64,000 nt of DNA from Desulfobacteraceae bacterium (GCA_050288425.1 JBNKDU010000124.1:48711-112710); one strand, 5' to 3'; shown: positions 36,804 through 44,789, numbered from the stretch's first letter. Numbers and translations: made by a program. Notes: generated from the letters alone by a model not told the origin.

Positions 36804-38102
36804 TCAGGACACCCTTGGCAGCTCGTTAATGGAAACATCCACGGCCCCGACCGATTCCCGGGGAACGGAAGGTTCTTTTTTTTCTTCAGGCCCGGCTCCC
36901 GCAACCCGCAGTTCTCCGGTTTCGATGGGAATGGCGATTTTCAAGGCCAGGGTGTAAATCAACAGGCCGATGCCCAGTACGCCGATGGAAATCATGATCT
37001 CCGGCGTTTTCGGTGAGTATTCCCAGATTTCGCCCATGGGGGAAGGCACGAACCCGGGCACGATGAAGCCCAGGCCTTTCTCCAGCCAGACGCCGACGAT
37101 GATCAGCACGCAGGCCAGGTTCAGGGTGATGAAGTTCTTCTTGGTCCAGGGGATCAGGAAGAGAAGGAAGGCCGTGATATTGAACGTGATGGCCGTCCAG
37201 ATCCAGGGTACCAGGCCGCTATGGCCGTGCAATCCGACGAAGAGATATATGATGGGCGCCTTGTGCCAGCTGTCGGTGTAGAGTTCCTTGAAGACTTCGG
37301 CTCCCAGAAACAGCAGGTTGATGCCCATGGCGATACAGACCATCTCGGCGATCTTGAACAGCGCCGCGTCCTTGACTTTGAACCTGGTGAATCTGCGGAT
37401 CACCTGAAAGATAATGATGCAAAGGGACGGGCCGGAACAGAAGGCCGAAGCCAGAAACCGCGGCGCCAGGATGGCCGTGTTCCAGAACGGACGCGCCCCC
37501 AATCCATTATACAGGTAGGCCGTGACGGTATGGATGCCCACCGCCCAGGGAATGGAGAGCAGCACCAAAGGCATGTAGACCCATTTATTGGCCTCCTTCT
37601 GCAGGTAGATCATGGTCAACAGGTAGAGAGAGACGGCCATGTTGATGAACAGGTACCCGTTCAATACCAGGATGTCCCAGTCCAGCATGGAGGCCGGGAA
37701 ATTGGGCCTGCCGACGAATGGGAGCAGGTGCCATATTCGTTCCGGATGTCCCAGGTCCAGGGTCACGAAGAGCATGGCCATGAGCAGGGCGCTGACGGCC
37801 AGGATTTCTCCCAGTACGGTGATCTCCTTAATGGGCCCGAAATCATAGACATAGGCCGGGATGACCAGCAATACGGCGGCGGCGGCGACTCCGACCAGAT
37901 AGGTGAAGTTGCCGATATAGAATCCCCAGGAGACCTGGTCCACCATGCCGGTGACCGCCAGTCCGGATGCAAATTGATAGGAGTAGCCCCGCAGGCCGAT
38001 GGCGATCATGCCCAGGATAACGATGATCCAGGCATAGTAGATGGGCGGTCCCTCGATCCATCGGCTGCTGACCTGGCGGATAAAATGGATGGCTTTTTGC
38101 AT
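36804..38102 (-). CDS. NrfD/PsrC-family integral-membrane quinone-interacting subunit
   Basis: ATG at 38102; the track start at 38123 is TTG. About 430 aa and highly hydrophobic with many TM helices. N-terminus ...PPIYYAWIIVILGMIAIGLRGYSYQFASGLAVTGMVDQVSWGFYIGNFTYLVG is typical of NrfD-like proteins. Follows a NrfC-like FeS gene. Confidence 0.8.
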   Translation of the reverse strand: MQKAIHFIRQVSSRWIEGPPIYYAWIIVILGMIAIGLRGYSYQFASGLAVTGMVDQVSWGFYIGNFTYLVGVAAAAVLLVIPAYVYDFGPIKEITVLGEILAVSALLMAMLFVTLDLGHPERIWHLLPFVGRPNFPASMLDWDILVLNGYLFINMAVSLYLLTMIYLQKEANKWVYMPLVLLSIPWAVGIHTVTAYLYNGLGARPFWNTAILAPRFLASAFCSGPSLCIIIFQVIRRFTRFKVKDAALFKIAEMVCIAMGINLLFLGAEVFKELYTDSWHKAPIIYLFVGLHGHSGLVPWIWTAITFNITAFLLFLIPWTKKNFITLNLACVLIIVGVWLEKGLGFIVPGFVPSPMGEIWEYSPKTPEIMISIGVLGIGLLIYTLALKIAIPIETGELRVAGAGPEEKKEPSVPRESVGAVDVSINELPRVS

Positions 38103-38139
38103 GAATGCGATTCCTTCTTCCAACCCGACGATGGCCGGA

Positions 38140-39057
38140 CTAAAGCGAAAAGAAATAGAAGAACTTGGGCTGCGTATTCAAATCTTCTTTCAGCTTGAAT
38201 ACCCGCTGGTGTTCCAGCACCTTGCTGATCTCGCTGTCGGGATCGAGAAGGTTGCCGAATTTGCGCGCGCCCACCGGGCAGGCTTCCACACATGCCGGGT
38301 AGCGTCCCTTGCGGGTGCGCTGCACACAGAACGTGCATTTCTCCACGACGCCCCGGTGGCGGGGGCGGTTGCCCAGGTAGTGTACGTTGGTGTTCAACTC
38401 CTCTCGCGGAATGTACGGATCGGCAAAATTGAACCGCCTGGCCCAGTAGGGACAGGCCGCCATGCAGTAGCGGCAGCCGATACACCAGTTATAATCGATG
38501 ACGACGATCCCGTCCTCATCCTTCCAAGTCGCCTGGGTGGGGCAGACCTTCACGCATGGCGGGTTTTCGCATTGCTGGCATTGTACCGGCATCGTGTAGG
38601 TTCCTTCCGTGGGTACCATGCCGGCCTCGTAGTAATGTTCGGACTCTTCGAAATTCATGGTGCCTTTTTCGAACCGCAACACGCGGATCCATTGAATTTG
38701 CGGTTTGCGGCTCTGGTTGTTCTCCTTTACGCAGGCATAGACGCAGCGCCGGCAACCGATACAGCGAGAAAGATCCAGGGCATAGCCGAAGAGCACATTG
38801 GGATACGGTGGTTCGCTACCCAGGATAAAATCACGGCCGTATTTTTCTTTGTACTGCTTTTGCAGCCGTGATTTTACGCGCTGGAGCTCTTCCGGACTCA
38901 TCTCTTCGAAATGGCTTTGGATATACTCATCCAGCTTTTCCCCGGGCACCGCGCCACCGAGGCCGCAACCTCCGAGGGCCAGCGACGCCGAAGCGACTCC
39001 CGCGGTCTGCAGGAAAGTTCTGCGACTCACGTGTTTGGCAAATTTGGGTTTCATCAT
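38140..39057 (-). CDS. Tat-exported 4x[4Fe-4S] ferredoxin-type subunit (NrfC/PsrB/HybA/QrcC-like)
   Basis: Twin-arginine signal MMKPKFAKHVSRRTFLQTAGVASASLALGG. Cys clusters CIGCRRCVYAC, CQQCENPPCVKVCP, CIGCRYCMAACP, CTFC...CVEACP. Confidence 0.85.
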   Translation of the reverse strand: MMKPKFAKHVSRRTFLQTAGVASASLALGGCGLGGAVPGEKLDEYIQSHFEEMSPEELQRVKSRLQKQYKEKYGRDFILGSEPPYPNVLFGYALDLSRCIGCRRCVYACVKENNQSRKPQIQWIRVLRFEKGTMNFEESEHYYEAGMVPTEGTYTMPVQCQQCENPPCVKVCPTQATWKDEDGIVVIDYNWCIGCRYCMAACPYWARRFNFADPYIPREELNTNVHYLGNRPRHRGVVEKCTFCVQRTRKGRYPACVEACPVGARKFGNLLDPDSEISKVLEHQRVFKLKEDLNTQPKFFYFFSL

Positions 39058-39102
39058 GCGTTCCTGTGATCGGTCTGGCAATTTATACATTGTGGGCCGA
39101 AA

Positions 39103-39723
39103 TCAATGGCCGGGAGAAGCTTCCTGCGCCGATTCCCAGCGGCCGTAGCCGGGAGGTTTCGGTGGTTCCTGCGCCATGAGCTTCCGGAATCTGGGGCTGT
39201 GCGGATCATGGCAGTGGGCGCAGAGCAGATAGAGTTTGTCACCGTTCCATTGCCCCACGCGACGGCCGTGAATGCCCATCTTCCAGTCGTTGTAAATCTG
39301 GCCGTGGCATTGGCCGCAAAGGCGGTAGGATTGTTCGAAGGGAATCTTTTCCCCGGTGATCAGTTTCAGGGAGTTGCGTTCCTCGAGGTCGTGGCAATTG
39401 AGGCACCATTGCCAGTCGGCGTGTTTGAGCTCGATGTCCTGATGCATCTGCACCAGCAGGCGCGGCGTGGGATCGGGCGCATGGTAGAACCGGCCGAGAA
39501 AGGACGGTCCGAGGCCCTCGCGGTCATCCGGGCCGCCGGCATCCCGGCGGTGGCACGCCTGGCAAGGAAACAACCCCTGGTAGACCAGGGGCGGCGGGAC
39601 CGGATAGAGGGTTTCATCCGCCGGGGAAGGCTGGCCGGCAAGGATTTTTCCAGGCGCCAGCGTCAACGCCGCCATCAGCAGGATGAGCAGGGCGGCTGAT
39701 TTTCGAGGTTTGGCGATGGACAT
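39103..39723 (-). CDS. Secreted tetrahaem c-type cytochrome (first gene of the cluster)
   Basis: ATG at 39723, preceded by a perfect AAGGAGGA. Signal MSIAKPRKSAALLILLMAALTLAPG. Motifs CQACH, CLNCH, CGQCH, CAHCH. The upstream 105 codons of the track ORF look non-coding. Confidence 0.85.
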   Translation of the reverse strand: MSIAKPRKSAALLILLMAALTLAPGKILAGQPSPADETLYPVPPPLVYQGLFPCQACHRRDAGGPDDREGLGPSFLGRFYHAPDPTPRLLVQMHQDIELKHADWQWCLNCHDLEERNSLKLITGEKIPFEQSYRLCGQCHGQIYNDWKMGIHGRRVGQWNGDKLYLLCAHCHDPHSPRFRKLMAQEPPKPPGYGRWESAQEASPGH

Positions 39724-40067
39724 GGTCCTCCTTCTTGCTTTGGAACGAAAGGCGGCTCTCCGGACAGTGGTGAGTCGGGATCGTCTGCCGGTCCGGTTCG
39801 GGAGCAAAATCCACTTGGAGGACAACGCGCGGCGCAGCAACCATAAGGGCGACATCTGTTCGCAGCTCTTCACGGGGATGGGGGGATTTCGGCAATCCGA
39901 CCCTCGTGAGATTATTTGACCAATCCAATTTGTTTTTGGCAATAGTTTTTTTGGGAATGAAGTCACAAACCCCGGAACGGGGGATGCGCCGGTGGACAAA
40001 CCCCGGGATGGGGAATGAATGGGAAGGCGTGCTGGCACAGGAGTTGGCGGATATGACGAGAGGGGAA

Positions 40068-40105
40068 ATAAAAAGGGGGAGACGCGACCGGCGCATCTCC
40101 CCCCT
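40068..40105 (-). terminator. Rho-independent terminator downstream of sat
   Basis: On the - strand: GGGGGAGA-(13-nt loop)-TCTCCCCC followed by TTTTTATTT. Separates sat from the cytochrome cluster promoter region. Confidence 0.65.
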
Positions 40106-40133
40106 GGAATGTCGGATGGTGACTTCCGTGCGG

Positions 40134-41405
40134 TTAATCGCCCGTGGCGGCCTTGTGAGTTTTGATGGTTACTTTTTCGGTCAGGCCTTCGTAGTACTTG
40201 CGCAGGATGGCAACGACTTCATCGCGTCCGAAGTGATCCGGCAGCTCGCCGCCTTCGCTGAGCATCTTGCGCAGCATGGTGCCGGAGAGCAGCACGCGGT
40301 CTTCCTTCTTGTGCGGGCAGGTGCGCAGGGAGGCCATGCCGTCGCATTTATAGCAGTAAAATGTCCAGTCGATCTTGAGCGGCTGGCACAGCAGGGCTTT
40401 GCCGCCTTCGGGGGAGGGGATCTTGTCGAAGATCGTCTGGGCTTCGAACATGCCGTAGAAGTCACCCACGCCGGCATGGTCGCGGCCGATGATCATCTTG
40501 GAGCAGCCATAGTTCTGGCGGAAGGTTGCATGCAGCAGGCCTTCGCGCGGTCCGGCGTAGCGCATGTCCAAAGGATATCCGCCCTGAACCACGTTCGCCT
40601 CTACGAAGTAGTTTTTCACCAGGGCATCGATGCATTTGACGCGCACGTCGGCGGGAATGTCGCCGGGTTTCAGGTTGCCCACCAGCGAGTGGATGTATAC
40701 GCCGTCACAGACTTCCACGGCGATCTTGCACAGGTATTCGTGGGAACGGTGCATGGGATTGCGCAGCTGCAGCGCAGCCACTTCGCTCCAGCCTTTTCCT
40801 TCGAAGATCTTGCGGGCCTCTGCGGGGCGGTGGTAGACACCGGCGTACTTGGTCGGATAATCGCCTTCGCTGAGCACTTTGACGTTGCCGGCGAGGTTGA
40901 CCGGCCCCTGTTTCATGACCATCTGGACGCCCGGGTGATCCTCTTCGGCGATTTTCCAGAACTCCTCGGATGTGGGTGTGCCTTCGCCCATGTAAACCTT
41001 TTCACATTCCCACTTTTTCTCTTCTTCGCTGATTTCCCACTTTTCATCGACCTTGATGGTGGCCATGATCTCATCGCCATCGGGATCATACAGGGCCACT
41101 TCGTCGCCTACGCTGATCTCGGCGGCTTCTGCGGCAGTGATGTCCAGGCACACCGGCACCGGCCAGAAGGTGCCATCGGCCAGCAGGAAATTTTCGCAGA
41201 TGCCTTTCCAGTCGGCCTTGGTGTTGAATCCGGTCAGCGGGCTGAAACCACCGTTGCCGATCATGATCAGGTCGCCTTTGACGCGTGGAGAGATGTTGAC
41301 CTTCATCAGTCCGGCGGCCTTGGCTTTTTCTGCCTCAAGCGCGGCACCTTCCAGCAGGCAAACGGTCAGACCTTTGCCGCCATGGGGAGGAATAAGTTGT
41401 GACAT
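40134..41405 (-). CDS. sat: Sulfate adenylyltransferase (ATP sulfurylase)
   Basis: 423 aa. [13 protein letters not shown] (QxRNPxHxxH) and GRDHAGVG motifs. AAGGAGA SD. Confidence 0.95.
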   Translation of the reverse strand: MSQLIPPHGGKGLTVCLLEGAALEAEKAKAAGLMKVNISPRVKGDLIMIGNGGFSPLTGFNTKADWKGICENFLLADGTFWPVPVCLDITAAEAAEISVGDEVALYDPDGDEIMATIKVDEKWEISEEEKKWECEKVYMGEGTPTSEEFWKIAEEDHPGVQMVMKQGPVNLAGNVKVLSEGDYPTKYAGVYHRPAEARKIFEGKGWSEVAALQLRNPMHRSHEYLCKIAVEVCDGVYIHSLVGNLKPGDIPADVRVKCIDALVKNYFVEANVVQGGYPLDMRYAGPREGLLHATFRQNYGCSKMIIGRDHAGVGDFYGMFEAQTIFDKIPSPEGGKALLCQPLKIDWTFYCYKCDGMASLRTCPHKKEDRVLLSGTMLRKMLSEGGELPDHFGRDEVVAILRKYYEGLTEKVTIKTHKAATGD

Positions 41406-41704
41406 GTTCGGTTCTCCTTTCAGGGTTTGTTGATATGTCTTGGCAAACTGCCTTTTGTTGGTGGATTCGCTGAGTGAAGAATCAAGAGGCTATCATTATT
41501 CGGCACGGCCTGATTTGTCAAGGGTAATTGCAGCGGTGTGCAGGGCGTTTCGAGCCTGCAAAATCAAGGATCGACGATGGTTTGCCGGCACTGTCCAACC
41601 GGATTTTCCGGCCCCGGCCTCAAGCCCGGTGTCGTTGAATCCGATAATGGTTTCGGCTCGCCTTTTCGCGGGTTGTGCATTGATTTCCTCTGGAGGGTAA
41701 TGTT

Positions 41705-42247
41705 ATGAATGTTCACGCTGTTTGCAAGGTGCATGCATGCAAGGAGGCCGTTGCCATGCCCAGCGCTAAAAAATACAAGGGCGACGTCGATATCATTGAA
41801 AAAATCAAGACGTTGCCGGCCCTCGAATCCTTTGAGGAAAAGGATCTCAAGGAACTGCTGCGGATCAGCAAGATCGTTCAATATGAACCGGGTGATCTGA
41901 TCGTCGATGAGAGCAGCTATGACGGCTGGATCTACTACCTGATTTCCGGCCGCGTCCGCATCGTCAAGTCGGGAAATGAGTTGGCCGTACTGCAACGCAC
42001 CGGCGATGTGTTCGGCCAGGTGGGCGGCATGGGCAGCGGTGAGCTGTCCGTTTCGGTGTTCGCCCTGGATGCGGCCACCTGCCTGAAAATCGACATCTCC
42101 AGCGTGGATGGCCTGCCCAATGAGAACCGCTATGTATTCCGCTACGTCATCTTCCGGGGGTTTGCCGAGGTGCTGGCCAAGCGCCTGCGGATCATCACCG
42201 AAAAATTCATGGCCGCCAAGGAGGAGTTGGATAAGTTGAATCGTTAA
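41705..42247 (+). CDS. Single-domain cyclic-nucleotide-binding (cNMP/CAP-effector-like) protein
   Basis: 180 aa. The beta-roll region DLIVDESSYDGWIYYLISGRVRIVKSGNELAVLQRTGDVFGQ has cNMP-binding-domain character, and there is no DNA-binding or other output domain. Alternative start at 41756; both ATGs have good SD sequences. Confidence 0.65.
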   Translation: MNVHAVCKVHACKEAVAMPSAKKYKGDVDIIEKIKTLPALESFEEKDLKELLRISKIVQYEPGDLIVDESSYDGWIYYLISGRVRIVKSGNELAVLQRTGDVFGQVGGMGSGELSVSVFALDAATCLKIDISSVDGLPNENRYVFRYVIFRGFAEVLAKRLRIITEKFMAAKEELDKLNR

Positions 42248-42362
42248 ATGGTTGAATGGTAAAAATGGGTACATCACCGCCCAAGCCAGAGCAGTGCCGC
42301 ATAGCAAGGCCGATACCTCAAGTCCAAAATAACAAATTAACGAATCGACCAAATCAACAAAA

Positions 42363-42389
42363 AAGCCCGACCGAACGGTCGGGCTTTTT
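42363..42389. terminator. Bidirectional hairpin terminator (after the cNMP gene on + and after tRNA-Ser on -)
   Basis: AAAA-GCCCGACC-GAAC-GGTCGGGC-TTTTT. Confidence 0.65.
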
Positions 42390-42392
42390 AAC

Positions 42393-42486
42393 TGGCGGAG
42401 AGAGAGGGATTCGAACCCTCGGTGGGGCTTTACACCCCACACTCGCTTAGCAGGCGAGCGCCTTCAGCCGGCTCGGCCATCTCTCC
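42393..42486 (-). tRNA. tRNA-Ser (anticodon GCU)
   Basis: 94 nt including an encoded CCA. The reverse complement reads GGAGAGATGGCCGAG...; anticodon stem CTCGC/GCGAG with loop CTGCTAA; long variable arm; T-arm GGTTCGAATCC. Confidence 0.93.
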
Positions 42487-42491
42487 GGGGT

Positions 42492-42599
42492 TTGATAATT
42501 GGTTGATTAGTTGATTTGTTCATTCGGGCGACGCTGTCGATTTCAATCGAAGGGGTCGACGGCGCAGGCGGCCGAATCAACCAATCAACTAATTATCAA
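42492..42599. repeat. 25-nt imperfect inverted repeat (23/25) bracketing the tRNA-tRNA spacer
   Basis: TTGATAATTGGTTGATTAGTTGATT (42492-42516) versus AATCAACCAATCAACTAATTATCAA (42575-42599). The centre holds a small palindrome TCGATT-TC-AATCGA. Confidence 0.7.
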
Positions 42600-42603
42600 A
42601 AGC

Positions 42604-42689
42604 TGGCGGAGGGAGTAGGATTCGAACCCACGGAGCTTTCACTCAACGGTTTTCAAGACCGCCGCCTTAAACCACTCGGCCATCCCTCC
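42604..42689 (-). tRNA. tRNA-Ser (anticodon UGA)
   Basis: 86 nt including an encoded CCA. The reverse complement reads GGAGGGATGGCCGAGTGGTTTAAGGCG...; anticodon loop CTTGAAA; long variable arm; T-arm GGTTCGAATCC. Confidence 0.93.
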
Positions 42690-42853
42690 CGAAAAAACGG
42701 TTCCGTTTTGTAGCACCATGTCCCTTTGGGGTCAATAAGTTTATGCAACCCACCGTGGATTAAAGGGAATTGGGAGTTGACTTTGATGGATATTGGTGAT
42801 TAGTTCAGCCCCAAAAATCGCCCATCCGCGATCCTGGTTTGAGGAGAAGCCAA

Positions 42854-43318
42854 ATGAAACAAAAATATGCCATCATTCGCGACGACGGTCAGAGGACGCT
42901 GATCGTGAGGGAATATGCAGAGCTGGATAAAGAGATGATGTCGCTGTTGTGTGAAGAGTCCTATCCCCTGGACACCATGGCATCCGCCGTCGAGGCCGGA
43001 CATCAGGCGGTCATCGATGCCATCCGAACCAACAACATGTATCCACCCAATGTCTTTGCCGGCCCCATCGCCTCGGCCATCGAGGGGCTGTTTCAGGAAG
43101 GGGGCAACCTCTCCGCTGAATTGTTCTTTGACGACAAGGAACTGTTCACCAAGGCGGGAGAGGAACCGGCGCCCGAGGAAGAAGAGTCGGACGAAGATGT
43201 GGATGTCGATGATCTGCTGGACGATGACGAGATCGAGGACGATGTCGATGACGAAAAGGTCCTCAAGAGTCTGAAATCGAGTCTGCAGGTCGCCGATGAC
43301 GACGGCGACGTCGACTGA
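42854..43318 (+). CDS. Hypothetical protein with a strongly acidic C-terminal tail
   Basis: ATG at 42854, preceded by GAGGAG; the track start at 42839 is TTG. 154 aa. The C-terminal 50 aa are dominated by D/E (EEEESDEDVDVDDLLDDDEIEDDVDDE...DDDGDVD). Confidence 0.55.
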   Translation: MKQKYAIIRDDGQRTLIVREYAELDKEMMSLLCEESYPLDTMASAVEAGHQAVIDAIRTNNMYPPNVFAGPIASAIEGLFQEGGNLSAELFFDDKELFTKAGEEPAPEEEESDEDVDVDDLLDDDEIEDDVDDEKVLKSLKSSLQVADDDGDVD

Positions 43319-43361
43319 TCCGGCAACCCTGGCGATCCAGAATTTACCAGACGATTTTTCC

Positions 43362-43390
43362 AACGCCCATCCTTGGATGGGCGTTTTGTA
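43362..43390. terminator. Hairpin terminator between convergent genes
   Basis: AACGCCCATCC-TT-GGATGGGCGTT followed by TTGTATT. Lies between the ends of 42854-43318 (+) and 43402-43965 (-). Confidence 0.55.
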
Positions 43391-43401
43391 TTGCGGGAAC
43401 C

Positions 43402-43965
43402 CTATTGCGTCCCGACACCGGTGGATCGCTCCAATAGATCCTCGATCTTTTTTTCGATGAAGCGGCGGGGGTGACGGCCCGGTATCGTTTCCAACCTGCG
43501 CCCCCCCCGGATGGTCATGATGGTGGGGATACCGGCGATCCGGTAGTGCTGTGTGGCCGCGGGACCGGCCCAGTAGACGGGAAACGGGATCTTCAATTCA
43601 TCCACCAGCGGCTGGATCTCCCTGGGGCCGCCGCTGTCAATCCCCACGGCCACGATACGAATGCCCCTGTCCCGGTAGGCAGCGTATAGTTCGGCCAGGT
43701 CGGGCAACTCCTCCCGGCAGGGCCGGCACCAGGCCGCCATGATTACCACCAAGCCGTTGAAATCCGGATTGCCCATCAGTCGGTCCAGGGCCGCGATATC
43801 GATGGTGCGAACCGGATTGCCCACCGGCGGCGGTGGATCGCATTGCATGGTGCCCGCCGAGAGGACGGCCAGCAGGCAAACCAGGACGATGGGTCGTTTG
43901 AATATGCCGGGGATCGACAGAATCGGCTCCTTTGCCAAAGGGATTATCTGGTTCGGCACTCCCAT
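43402..43965 (-). CDS. TlpA/ResA-like thiol:disulfide oxidoreductase (thioredoxin fold, WCRPC)
   Basis: Motif VVIMAAWCRPCREELPDL in a thioredoxin-like fold; hydrophobic anchor IVLVCLLAVLSAG. The start is uncertain: I chose the ATG at 43965, whereas the track ORF extends to 44133. Confidence 0.65.
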   Translation of the reverse strand: MGVPNQIIPLAKEPILSIPGIFKRPIVLVCLLAVLSAGTMQCDPPPPVGNPVRTIDIAALDRLMGNPDFNGLVVIMAAWCRPCREELPDLAELYAAYRDRGIRIVAVGIDSGGPREIQPLVDELKIPFPVYWAGPAATQHYRIAGIPTIMTIRGGRRLETIPGRHPRRFIEKKIEDLLERSTGVGTQ

Positions 43966-44291
43966 TCCATCGGGAGACCATATCTCATACAACGCCAATT
44001 CGGCGTGCGGTGCAACCCCGGATTGGGTATCCGGAAACTTCCCGCCGGAACCGAGCCCGTCCCGGATGACGATGCCCGGATCTGCTGTACCGGCTCCTTG
44101 CGTGCCAGGTTGTTTGGTGGTAGGTTCCATCATCCTTTGTGCCGGAGCCTTCCGGAGTTACTGGAAAATTCCCGTCTTCCCCGACCGCCTCGAGGATGGC
44201 CTGCCACGGGTGACGGCGCACGACCCCCGCTTGGGACCGGCCACCGAAATATTCGCGGCCGGACCCAGCGGATTCCTGGCCAAGGAGACCC

Positions 44292-44789
44292 ATGGGACGA
44301 CAGATCTGGGTCGTCGGCCTTTTCCTGCTACTGGTATCCGCCTGTGGCGCCAGGGATGAAGCCGACGTCATACGAAATATGATCCGCGAAAGCGCCGGCA
44401 TGGCCGAAGCCAAGCAGGTGGGGGCGCTCATGCGGCAGACCGGCCGGGGATTCGTGGCCCTGCCGGGAAGACGGAATGCCGATGAAGTCAAACCGATCCT
44501 GTTTGCCGCATTCATGCACTACGGTCGCTTCGAGATTCAATATCCCAGGCCGGAGGTGCATATCGCGCCGGAAGGCCGCCAGGCCCAATCCACCGTCTAC
44601 TTCATCATCCTGCGCAAGGATCAGCCGTTGCCGGGGCTGCGCAAATTATATGAAAACCCGCGCAAATGGCTGGCAATGGCCGGCGAGAAAGCCGATCTCT
44701 ACCAGTTGAAGCTCGAACTGGAGAAAAAAGAGAAGCAATGGGTGGTCATGCAGGCTCACCTGGAAGGGTTCAAGGGGCTCCATTTCTAA
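44292..44789 (+). CDS. Hypothetical lipoprotein
   Basis: 165 aa, AAGGAGA SD, signal plus lipobox MGRQIWVVGLFLLLVSAC. No family recognised. Confidence 0.55.
   Translation: MGRQIWVVGLFLLLVSACGARDEADVIRNMIRESAGMAEAKQVGALMRQTGRGFVALPGRRNADEVKPILFAAFMHYGRFEIQYPRPEVHIAPEGRQAQSTVYFIILRKDQPLPGLRKLYENPRKWLAMAGEKADLYQLKLELEKKEKQWVVMQAHLEGFKGLHF

Noticed and set aside
16475-39723. The idea that the cytochrome cluster is a recently acquired genomic island
   Set aside because: No integrase, transposase, flanking direct repeats or tRNA lies at its borders. Its base composition does not look different from the flanks by eye. This cannot be excluded without a quantitative GC and codon analysis.
40033-40048. 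Sigma54-like element TGGCAC-AGGAG-TTGGC
   Set aside because: It is on the + strand, pointing into the 3' end of sat in antisense, with no + strand gene downstream. The -12 box is TTGG rather than TTGC. The cytochrome cluster promoter would have to be on the - strand.
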